The translations under genes were made by a program, and so were the position numbers. From Clostridium sp. CAG:452 (lineage in GTDB: Bacteria; Spirochaetota; Spirochaetia; Sphaerochaetales; Sphaerochaetaceae): 64,000 nucleotides of DNA. Location of the stretch: NCBI GenBank assembly GCA_963626675.1, contig CAVFXW010000001.1:8232-72231 (forward strand). Reading direction: 5' to 3'. How positions within the stretch are numbered: position 1 is the stretch's first letter; the number at the start of each line of letters is the position of its first letter. Shown here piece by piece: positions 53,579 through 61,532 of this stretch. The notes under the pieces are model-generated. The model was given only the letters and a program-made list of their open reading frames with translations. It was not told the DNA's origin and ran no database searches.

Positions 53579-54991
53579 ATGTATTACGTAATTAATCCGA
53601 ATATAGGAATAAGGAGTTGGTGGCGCTCTCCGTACTCTTATTACATGAAAGGTGTGAGGAATGCGTTTAGACTTACTCAAGAAGAATTTGAATTCCTTTA
53701 TAAGTGTGATGGTATTACAAATCTTGAGGAAGGAAGCCTTTCGAATAGAATGCTCAATCGAGCCATGATTATACCTTGTAAGAAGGGAGAAATGTCTCTC
53801 TCCTCATGGCAGAGAAAGATCTGTGACAATCGATATTTTCCTGCCATGAATTGGATGATTACCGGTAAATGCAACTACAATTGTCTTCATTGTTTCAATG
53901 CGTCAGATAATGCGCCTCTCATGAGTGAGTTCACGCTTAAAGAAGCAGAGCGCCTGATGGATGAAGCCGAGGAATGTGGAATCAACGCCTTTACAATAAC
54001 AGGTGGTGAGCCCATGTGTCATAAATCTTTCTTTGATATAATCGAGGGGATATATAAGAGAGGAATGTTCGTCGAAGAGCTTAATACGAATGGCTATTAT
54101 ATAACCCAGGATGCTCTCGATTCATTCAAAGCTATAGGATGCCATCCTCTCATAAAGATATCGTTTGATGGAGTTGCCCACCATGATTGGCTGAGAAACC
54201 GCCCTGGCGCAGAGGAGGATGCCCTCAGGGCAATAAAACTATCTGTTGAAAACGGCTTTCGGGTCAAAGTTCAGAGTAATGTTCATCGCAATAATGTCGA
54301 AAGTATGATTACCTCTGCACACCTTCTTAACAAAATTGGTGTCAGCGAGATGCGCCTTATTCGCACAACGGAAGCACCACGCTGGATAAAGAACGGAGGA
54401 TCAAATACACTCACCCTTTCTGAGTATTTCGACAGAATGCTCTCTTTTATAGAAGAATATTCAGCCTCGAGAGACAAAATGGAGATCGACATATGGCAGC
54501 TCTTACATCTTTACCCAGAAAGTAAATCCTATAGGCCACGTGCCGTAGAGTGCATCGAGGAAGAGTATAGGGACTCTCTTCCTGTGTGTCGCGGAAACAG
54601 GGGTATGGTCGCTGTGGCTGCTAACGGGAACTTATTTCCATGCCTTCAGATGTCAGGATACTACGAAACGCACAATTGGAAACTGGGCAATGTGAAAGAG
54701 AACGGCCTCAAGAGATATCTTCAGCATGGAGATTACCTTGAAGAAGTATGTACTACGGTAAAGGATCTCAAGGACAGTAATGAAAAATGCCGCCGGTGCG
54801 AATGGTTTAAGTATTGCGTCGGAGGCTGCAGGGCTCTAGCTCTTCTATTCAGTGGCGACAAAAAGGGTAGCGATATATCAAAATGTCTTTTCTTTAAAGG
54901 CGGTTATATGGAGAAGCTCAAGAATGTAATGAAAGACTGGCGTGATGTAAGCGGAGTTATGAAAAGTAGAGAAAATGTGAACATTACTTGA
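53579..54991 (+). CDS. Radical SAM / SPASM-domain peptide maturase with N-terminal RRE-like extension
   Basis: CNYNCLHC (Cys98/102/105) rSAM cluster and TITGGEP. SPASM motif CRGNRGMVAVAANGNLFPC (GX4C) ... CRRCEWFKYCVGGC (CX2CX5CX3C) plus a trailing Cys. The first ~90 aa carry RLTQEEFEFLYKCDGITNLEE, which is PqqD/RRE-like. Confidence 0.9.
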   Translation: MYYVINPNIGIRSWWRSPYSYYMKGVRNAFRLTQEEFEFLYKCDGITNLEEGSLSNRMLNRAMIIPCKKGEMSLSSWQRKICDNRYFPAMNWMITGKCNYNCLHCFNASDNAPLMSEFTLKEAERLMDEAEECGINAFTITGGEPMCHKSFFDIIEGIYKRGMFVEELNTNGYYITQDALDSFKAIGCHPLIKISFDGVAHHDWLRNRPGAEEDALRAIKLSVENGFRVKVQSNVHRNNVESMITSAHLLNKIGVSEMRLIRTTEAPRWIKNGGSNTLTLSEYFDRMLSFIEEYSASRDKMEIDIWQLLHLYPESKSYRPRAVECIEEEYRDSLPVCRGNRGMVAVAANGNLFPCLQMSGYYETHNWKLGNVKENGLKRYLQHGDYLEEVCTTVKDLKDSNEKCRRCEWFKYCVGGCRALALLFSGDKKGSDISKCLFFKGGYMEKLKNVMKDWRDVSGVMKSRENVNIT

Positions 54992-55054
54992 AGTTTCTGG
55001 TTTTCTTTTCATTTGTTATTTACCTTGAATTTAAAATAGGGATATTTTTAAACA

Positions 55055-56476
55055 ATGAAAAAGAAATTGCTAATTACCATTTTATTGGCAATAGCTGTGC
55101 TTATTACAATCAACGCAGCAACTGTCGATGAAATACTTGAGAGCGCGAAGAAGACAAGTCCGTCATATCAAAATATTTTATTGAACTATCAAAACGGGCT
55201 TCTTACAGTCGCTGAACTTGGAAAAGATGATGAAATCGGGGTTGCACTTTCTGTGACGGTTGACCCGTTGAGCGAGGTCTACTCTGGCGGTAGCACTACA
55301 CCATCTTCACTTACTGATACAAGTAGTAAAGGGCTTACAGCCACGCCTACAGCCCAAATAACGTTTCCTAATGATGGGAATACTACAATCAGTGGAGGCG
55401 CGAGGATTTCAACAAGATATGAAGATGGCTCTACTTCAATAAGTGGCGAGGTCGGGGTTTCTCATACTTTTGATTTTTCAGGATATTCTAGTAAGCATTC
55501 TGAGGATTTGAAATATGCCTCTACAAAATACAGTACGGAGCTTACATACAGTAAAGCAGAGCTCTCGTTTGAGACGAGTGTCCTTAAAATGATTTCATCG
55601 ATTCTTAGCGCTGAAAGTTCAATTAAGAGGGCTCAATTCAATCTTAAAAAACAGCAGACAGCATTCGATAAACTTACTGCTTTAAAAACATATTCAGAAG
55701 ATTCGAGTGTTTATAAGAGCACTCTCAATACACTCAATGCTCTTGAGAGTTCACTCTCTTCGACAGAGGAGCAATATAATAGCCTTCTTTCAAGATACAA
55801 GACTCTTACCGGCCTAGCATGGGAGGGCGTTGATGTGGGAGAGCCTCCCGTACTTACGCTGACAACATACGAGAATGGTAATACAGAAGTTATGATAGAA
55901 TCTTTGAATGCCGAAAGCAGTGAAGAATCTTATAAGAGTACGCTTGCTTCTTCAAAGCCCTCAAAGCTTGTAACTTCGTTATCTCTTTCGGCATCAAGTA
56001 GCAAGTATGATATTTCGGGTTCTTTGCAATATGCCGGTAACAATTGGAGTATTACTGCAAAGCCTGGGGTAAGTATATCTAGTGACGGCGATACAACACC
56101 GAGCCTTACATTAGCGGGAAGCTGGAAGAATAATGAAGGCTCTATCACATCTGGCTCTGCACTTAGTAGTGCTTTGAACAATGCCAAAGTAGCAGCCAAT
56201 AATTACCTTGAGGCACTTTCAACATATGAGGAGAATGCAACGAATTATGCTCTCGAGATTGTAGAATGGAATACCAAACTCTCTCAAGCTAAAGCCGATT
56301 TGGAGTATAAAGAGACTCTTCTCGAGAGTGCCCAGGCTCTTTATGACTTGGGTTTGAATACATCGGAGGAACTCGAGAGTGCCGAGCTCGAGTACACTCT
56401 AAGTAAGACCGACTATGATAAGGTGATAATCGAAGGATTATCTCTAGAACGTGATTTAGCAATATTTGCACTATAA
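55055..56476 (+). CDS. TolC-like outer-membrane efflux protein (divergent, Ser/Thr-rich inserts)
   Basis: Signal MKKKLLITILLAIAVLITINA. OEP-like start TVDEILESAKKTSPSYQNILLNYQNG. Two helical repeats, the second ending LESAQALYDLGLNTSEELESAELEY. Precedes an adaptor/ABC set. Confidence 0.6.
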   Translation: MKKKLLITILLAIAVLITINAATVDEILESAKKTSPSYQNILLNYQNGLLTVAELGKDDEIGVALSVTVDPLSEVYSGGSTTPSSLTDTSSKGLTATPTAQITFPNDGNTTISGGARISTRYEDGSTSISGEVGVSHTFDFSGYSSKHSEDLKYASTKYSTELTYSKAELSFETSVLKMISSILSAESSIKRAQFNLKKQQTAFDKLTALKTYSEDSSVYKSTLNTLNALESSLSSTEEQYNSLLSRYKTLTGLAWEGVDVGEPPVLTLTTYENGNTEVMIESLNAESSEESYKSTLASSKPSKLVTSLSLSASSSKYDISGSLQYAGNNWSITAKPGVSISSDGDTTPSLTLAGSWKNNEGSITSGSALSSALNNAKVAANNYLEALSTYEENATNYALEIVEWNTKLSQAKADLEYKETLLESAQALYDLGLNTSEELESAELEYTLSKTDYDKVIIEGLSLERDLAIFAL

Positions 56477-56493
56477 GGAACAGAAAATAGATT

Positions 56494-57588
56494 ATGGATA
56501 AGAAAGAAGAAATATTGACAGAAAGTGAAAGACAAGAGAAGAAATTGAGGGAAGCTCAAAAAGCAAGAAAGAGAAGAAAAAGAGTAAAGACATTCCTAGG
56601 GTGGATTATTGTTATATTCATTGTAGCGCTTGTTCTCGTTTGGTTCTTAAAAATGAAGAAGGACAGTGAGGCTCAAATTGCTGCTCTTCAGAATGCATCG
56701 AATGAGATTGAATATACTGTGACAAGAACGAATTACGTAAAGTCTATAGATGTTTCCGGTAATGTCGTAGCATATGACAAACAGGAAGCGAACTTCCGCT
56801 CCGCAGGTGCTGTAACGGGTGTGTTTGTAAAAGTCGGGGACAAGGTCGAGAAGGGACAGATTCTTGCGACTATAGACTCAACCGAGCAGCAATATAATCT
56901 CAAGCAGATCGAAAATCAGATTGCAGAGGCCAAAATTACAGGTTCTTTACAGACTCTCGAGTCTTTGGAGCTAAAGAAAAGTAATGCAGAAGAGCAGCTA
57001 TCATATACAACACTTACAGCGAACTTTGATGGAATTGTATCGAAGGTAAGTATAAGTGAGAATGACTATGTTACGGCTGGAACTGCAGTCATTACGGTTA
57101 TTGATGTTTCGAAACTCAAGACTACTGTCGAAATCGATGAAATCGATATGCAATACATAGAAGAGAATCAGACAGCGACACTCTCGTTTGATTCTCTTCC
57201 TGGTGAGAGCGTTGTTGCATATGTTTCATACATCCCGATGGAAGGAAGATATACAACACAGGGAATTGGTGTTGTTGATGTAGAGATGACAATAGAAAAT
57301 CCTCCGTCAGGACTCAGAACTGGATTTACATTCACCGGTTCGATTGATCTAGAACAGGATGTGAATATTCTTCTTATTCCGTCTTCATCTGTCTCCTCCG
57401 AGCGTGGCGGAAGAACTTTTGTTACTGTAAAGAAGGCGGACGGCCAGAGTGAGAGAAGAAGTGTGACGGTTTCGTATCTAGGAGAAGGATACAGCGAAGT
57501 ACTCTCAGGCCTCAGTGAGGGAGAAGTCATTGTTTATTCTCAGTCATCCGGTGGTGGCATGGGCTTCATGATGAGAGGAGGATTTTAA
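56494..57588 (+). CDS. Efflux periplasmic adaptor (HlyD/MacA family)
   Basis: N-terminal TM. Lipoyl-like GAVTGVFVKVGDKVEKGQILATID, a coiled coil, then LTANFDGIVSKV and beta-barrel/MPD parts. Confidence 0.8.
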   Translation: MDKKEEILTESERQEKKLREAQKARKRRKRVKTFLGWIIVIFIVALVLVWFLKMKKDSEAQIAALQNASNEIEYTVTRTNYVKSIDVSGNVVAYDKQEANFRSAGAVTGVFVKVGDKVEKGQILATIDSTEQQYNLKQIENQIAEAKITGSLQTLESLELKKSNAEEQLSYTTLTANFDGIVSKVSISENDYVTAGTAVITVIDVSKLKTTVEIDEIDMQYIEENQTATLSFDSLPGESVVAYVSYIPMEGRYTTQGIGVVDVEMTIENPPSGLRTGFTFTGSIDLEQDVNILLIPSSSVSSERGGRTFVTVKKADGQSERRSVTVSYLGEGYSEVLSGLSEGEVIVYSQSSGGGMGFMMRGGF

Positions 57589-58283
57589 TGGCGTCTAGTG
57601 TTATAGAGCTTCAGAATGTCAGGCGCTATTACCTCGTGGGTGAATACGTTGTCAAAGCTCTTGATGATGTATCGCTTACCATAGATAGAGGCTCATTTAC
57701 CGCAATAATGGGACCTAGCGGAAGTGGTAAGTCTACTCTTATGAACCTTATCGGTTGTCTTGATACTCCAACAAGCGGGTATATTACAATCGGTGGTGAG
57801 CTTACAAACGGAATGGACGAGTCTGAGCTTGCATTTTTGAGAAATCAGAAGATAGGCTTTGTCTTCCAACAGTTTAATTTGCTTGGAAAACTCAATGCTC
57901 TGGAGAATGTTATGACACCGATGCTCTATTGTCTTGTCCCTCACAAGGAGAGAAAGGAGAGAGCTGAGGCAATGCTGGAAAAGGTAGGGCTCAAAGATAG
58001 AATGAAACATCTTCCGAGCGAGCTATCGGGTGGGCAGAAGCAGAGAGTTGCTATTGCACGCGCTCTTGTCAACGATCCCGATATTCTCCTAGCCGATGAG
58101 CCTACTGGAGCTCTTGATAGTAGAACGGGCCATGAGGTTATGGGGCTTTTTCAGGAATTGAATGAAGAAGGACGTACAATCGTCTTTGTTACACATGATA
58201 GAAAATTGGGAATGCAATGTGCAGAACAGGTTTTCATTAAAGATGGAAGGATAGTAGAGGAAGATGTTACTCGAGAACTTTAA
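57588..58283 (+). CDS. MacB/LolD-type ABC transporter ATP-binding protein
   Basis: [47 protein letters not shown] and VTHD motifs. 1-nt overlap (TAATG) with the adaptor gene. Confidence 0.9.
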   Translation: MASSVIELQNVRRYYLVGEYVVKALDDVSLTIDRGSFTAIMGPSGSGKSTLMNLIGCLDTPTSGYITIGGELTNGMDESELAFLRNQKIGFVFQQFNLLGKLNALENVMTPMLYCLVPHKERKERAEAMLEKVGLKDRMKHLPSELSGGQKQRVAIARALVNDPDILLADEPTGALDSRTGHEVMGLFQELNEEGRTIVFVTHDRKLGMQCAEQVFIKDGRIVEEDVTREL

Positions 58284-59436
58284 ACTAGCAATTAAGAGTA
58301 TGGTAACAAGTAAGATGAGAACATTTCTTTCTCTTCTTGGTATTGTGATAGGAGTCGGTTCGGTTGTAGCTATTATGACGCTCGGTGAGAGTGTGAAGGG
58401 CTCGATCAATGATGAGATGAACCTCTCGGGTATGGACCTTGTTACTCTCAGTAACACGGGATCAAATACAATTTTTGATGAAGAACTAGGCTATACAATC
58501 AAGGAAAAGATACTCGGAATAGATGATGTTGCGATCCAGACTGTTGGAAATGCAACGATTAGACATGCCCAGGAATCGGCAAGCGCAACTGTATATGGTG
58601 TATCCTCAACCTTTGGTGATATACAGCAGCTGGAAATAATGGACGGTTCTTTCTTCTCGAAGGAAGACAATATGGAGAAGGCTCAGGTTGTAGTGCTTGG
58701 TTATGATGTTGCAATGGATCTCTTCCCCGGAGGAGATGCTCTCGGAAGTTATGTATCAATCTTCAGAACTCAAGCGAAGACATATAAGGTAATTGCTGTA
58801 CTCGAAGACACTTCAGAATCGACTATGTCTGATACAAACAGCAATGTTTATATACCTTACCACACATACAGCCAGAATATTAGGAAGATAAACAGTGTCC
58901 CGAGGTACTACTTTAAAATCAATGAAGACTATTCTGCAACCGATGTATCATCATCGATAAAATCCTATATGCAGAATATAGCATCATCGAATGAGTATGT
59001 GGTCTCCACTGCGCAGGAGTTTGTCGATATGGCAAACTCGATTATGGAGACGCTTACGACATTCCTATCCGCAATTGCCGCTATCTCATTGATCGTCGGT
59101 GGAATAGGGATTATGAATATAATGCTTGTCACGGTTGTCGAGAGAACAAGAGAGATTGGTGTGAGAAAGGCTCTCGGCGCGACCCCGAAGACCATAAGGC
59201 ATCAATTCCTTGTTGAGGCACTTGTTTTATCGGTATGTGGCGGTATATTTGGAATAATATTTGGGATTATTGTAAGTTATGTTGTTGCGACTGCGCTTTC
59301 ATATAGCCTCAAGTTATCGCTGTTGTCTATTGCGCTTTCTATTGGATTCTCATCGGCTGTCGGTATATTCTTCGGCTGGTATCCTGCAGCTAAGGCATCG
59401 TCGCTTGATCCTATTCAGGCACTATCATATGAGTAA
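58264..59436 (+). CDS. MacB-type ABC permease (MacB periplasmic domain + FtsX 4-TM)
   Basis: LAIKSMVTSKMRTFLSLLGIVIGVGSVV start, a large periplasmic loop, C-terminal FtsX part ERTREIGVRKALGA...WYPAAKASSLDPIQALSYE. Confidence 0.85.
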   Translation: MLLENFKLAIKSMVTSKMRTFLSLLGIVIGVGSVVAIMTLGESVKGSINDEMNLSGMDLVTLSNTGSNTIFDEELGYTIKEKILGIDDVAIQTVGNATIRHAQESASATVYGVSSTFGDIQQLEIMDGSFFSKEDNMEKAQVVVLGYDVAMDLFPGGDALGSYVSIFRTQAKTYKVIAVLEDTSESTMSDTNSNVYIPYHTYSQNIRKINSVPRYYFKINEDYSATDVSSSIKSYMQNIASSNEYVVSTAQEFVDMANSIMETLTTFLSAIAAISLIVGGIGIMNIMLVTVVERTREIGVRKALGATPKTIRHQFLVEALVLSVCGGIFGIIFGIIVSYVVATALSYSLKLSLLSIALSIGFSSAVGIFFGWYPAAKASSLDPIQALSYE

Positions 59437-59692
59437 GGCTAGGGTGAACTACCGCCCTCCTAAAGGGATTGAGGCTTCGTGCTCAATAGACTAAAGTTGG
59501 CTGCTTCGGTTTTTAATAACCGAGGCAACTAGAGCTTCAATCTCCACACGCTTACCCGGTGCGTCCCACACCTACATGATTGTTGTACAAGAGATACGAT
59601 GGTTTTATCAATAACAACTCATGTGCCAGACTTGAAGGCGATGGCATCTTTCTTGCTCAATTTATGTAAATTATCGGACGGAAGGTATGATT
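59437..59692 (+). ncRNA. Candidate structured leader / cis-regulatory RNA (family not recognised)
   Basis: A 370-nt ORF-free spacer that is visibly more G+C-rich than other spacers. Hairpin 59496-59529 (GTTG/CAAC plus CTTCGGTT/AACCGAGG) is nested in a helix of 59465-59477 with 59532-59545. Further small stems follow, then a terminator-like hairpin before the ABC operon. Confidence 0.35.
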
Positions 59693-59736
59693 GCTGCTTG
59701 TTTTCTAGGTCTTGTGGAGACAAGCAGCTTTTAATT
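59693..59736 (+). terminator. Intrinsic-terminator-like hairpin (possible attenuator/expression platform, or the end of the upstream 13-gene array)
   Basis: GCTGCTTGT (59693-59701) pairs perfectly with ACAAGCAGC (59720-59728) and is followed by TTTTAATT. It lies 77 nt upstream of the ATG at 59813. Confidence 0.55.
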
Positions 59737-59812
59737 GAATCTCATCGCGTTTGATATTGATTATAAAATAACAGGTTAGTAAAATCTAACCAAGTAATGT
59801 GAGGTGATATCT

Positions 59813-60787
59813 ATGAAGAAGATAATATTGATTTTGGCTTTTGTCTGTATGTGTTTCTCTCTAATTGCCAGACCGGTAAATGAGACGGTTGAAGATGATA
59901 AAACTAATCTAAGCATTGTCGCACTTAAGGGACCGACTGCAATGGGATTGGTTAAACTTATGGAGAGAAGTGAAAAGGAAAGTGATGATCTTGATAACAG
60001 CTATACTTTCACAATCGAGGCTTCTCCTGATGCTGTTACACCACTTATTGCAAAAAATGAGGTCGATATTGCTTGTATACCTGCTAATCTATCTGCAGTT
60101 CTCTATAACAATACGGGGAAAATACAAGTTGTTGCAATAAATACGCTTGGGGTGCTGTATCTTGTAGGTAGGACAGATTCTTCTATATCTTCGCTTGATG
60201 ATATAAAAGGCAGAACAATCTATTCTGCTGGAAAGGGGTCGACTCCAGAGTATGCGATAGAGACTATTCTTTCCGGTTACGGACTTGTTGATGGCATAGA
60301 TGTAAGCGTTGAATGGAAGAGCGAGCACGCAGAGTGTGTTGCAGCTCTCATGAACGATGAGAATGCACTTGCCCTTCTCCCTCAGCCTTTTGCAACTTCC
60401 GCAATGATGCAAAATCCCTCTCTAGAAATATTCTTTGACCTGAATGATTTATGGAAGGATTTATCTGGGACTAGTCTTATAACCGGTGTTACAGTAGTCA
60501 ATAAAGAGTTTGCAGCAAAGAATAGAGAGGCTGTTGAGGACTTCCTTGAAGAATATAGTGAGAGTGCTGAGTGGGTTAACGAAAATGTAGAGGAAGCAGC
60601 TCTATTGATTGAAAACTATGGTATAATAAAGGCTCAGGTTGCCCTAAAGGCGATTGATAAGTGTAATATAGTAGTGTGGACAGGAGATAAGCTTGAAGAG
60701 AACCTCTCTGTTTATCTAGATGCATTATACAAAGCGAATCCAAAAAGTGTAGGTGGCTCGGTTCCAGGTGAAGAATTCTACTTCTGA
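59813..60787 (+). CDS. ABC transporter substrate-binding protein (NMT1/THI5-like, NitT/TauT family)
   Basis: Signal MKKIILILAFVCMCFSLIA. LSIVALKGPTAMGLVKL and VDIACIPANLSAVLYN are typical of NitT/TauT-type SBPs. The ATG at 59813 follows GAGGTG. Confidence 0.7.
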   Translation: MKKIILILAFVCMCFSLIARPVNETVEDDKTNLSIVALKGPTAMGLVKLMERSEKESDDLDNSYTFTIEASPDAVTPLIAKNEVDIACIPANLSAVLYNNTGKIQVVAINTLGVLYLVGRTDSSISSLDDIKGRTIYSAGKGSTPEYAIETILSGYGLVDGIDVSVEWKSEHAECVAALMNDENALALLPQPFATSAMMQNPSLEIFFDLNDLWKDLSGTSLITGVTVVNKEFAAKNREAVEDFLEEYSESAEWVNENVEEAALLIENYGIIKAQVALKAIDKCNIVVWTGDKLEENLSVYLDALYKANPKSVGGSVPGEEFYF

Positions 60788-61532
60788 TAGACGCTCGATT
60801 ATTTTTAAATTCCTCTCAATTGTTATTTGGATAGGAATATGGTTTATCCTCTCTCTTATAGTGGGAGAGGAGATTTTTCTTCCGTCTCCGCTCGGAACTT
60901 TGTCGGCTCTATTCTCTCTTATTCCTTCCTCGTTATTCTGGACTTCGATTCTCTTTAGCCTCACGAGAATTGTGCTTGCTCTCGTCATTTCTTTTTTTCT
61001 CGGAACTCTTCTTGCCATTCTTGCATCTTTTTCAAAGTACCTTGAAATATTTTTGTCCCCGATTGTTAAAGCTGTCAGAACAATACCTGTGGCATCAATT
61101 ATTATACTTATACTCTTATGGGTCAAAAGTAAAAACCTCAGTATGGTCGTATCATCTCTAATGGTATTTCCGATTATATATTCATCGGTCCTTTCGGGTA
61201 TGAAGGCTACTTCTCCTCTTTTAATCGAAGCTGCTGACAACTACAGTGTTGGAACAAAAAAGAGAATAAGATATATATACCTGCCGTCCCTTTTTCCATT
61301 TGTAGAAACAGGATTACATTCTGCTGTGGGACTTGGTTTTAAGAGTGCAATAGCTGCAGAGGTTATAGCTCTTCCGAGAATTTCTATAGGCTCGTCACTC
61401 TATGAAGCGAAGATATATCTTACAACTCCGCTTCTCTTTGCATGGACTATCGTGATAGTAATTCTTTCAACTATTTTTGAGAAGTTGACTCTTTTTATTC
61501 TTAAGAAAGCTGAAAGGAGGATTCTCAAGTGA
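60753..61532 (+). CDS. ABC transporter permease (TauC/SsuC/ThiX-like)
   Basis: 6 TM helices. FSLTRIVLALVISFFLGTLLAIL and VRTIPVASIIILILLW. The reported start overlaps the SBP gene by 35 nt, so the true start is uncertain. Confidence 0.8.
   Translation: MARFQVKNSTSDRRSIIFKFLSIVIWIGIWFILSLIVGEEIFLPSPLGTLSALFSLIPSSLFWTSILFSLTRIVLALVISFFLGTLLAILASFSKYLEIFLSPIVKAVRTIPVASIIILILLWVKSKNLSMVVSSLMVFPIIYSSVLSGMKATSPLLIEAADNYSVGTKKRIRYIYLPSLFPFVETGLHSAVGLGFKSAIAAEVIALPRISIGSSLYEAKIYLTTPLLFAWTIVIVILSTIFEKLTLFILKKAERRILK

Noticed and set aside
59439-59458. String CTAGGGTGAACTACCGCC, resembling the T-box core (AGGGTGGTACCGCG) and the ykkC/guanidine-I 5' CTAGGGTTCCG
   Set aside because: For a T-box it is at the wrong end of the leader: immediately after the upstream stop codon and about 250 nt before the terminator. 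No specifier-loop context is evident. For ykkC, the other invariant blocks (GGTCCGAGAG, ACACGGCGGGA...CCCGGGAGA) are absent. I treat it as chance resemblance pending an Rfam scan.
60725-61240. 171-aa minus-strand ORF over the SBP end and the permease gene
   Set aside because: It is a shadow of the well-supported ABC permease reading frame. No motifs.
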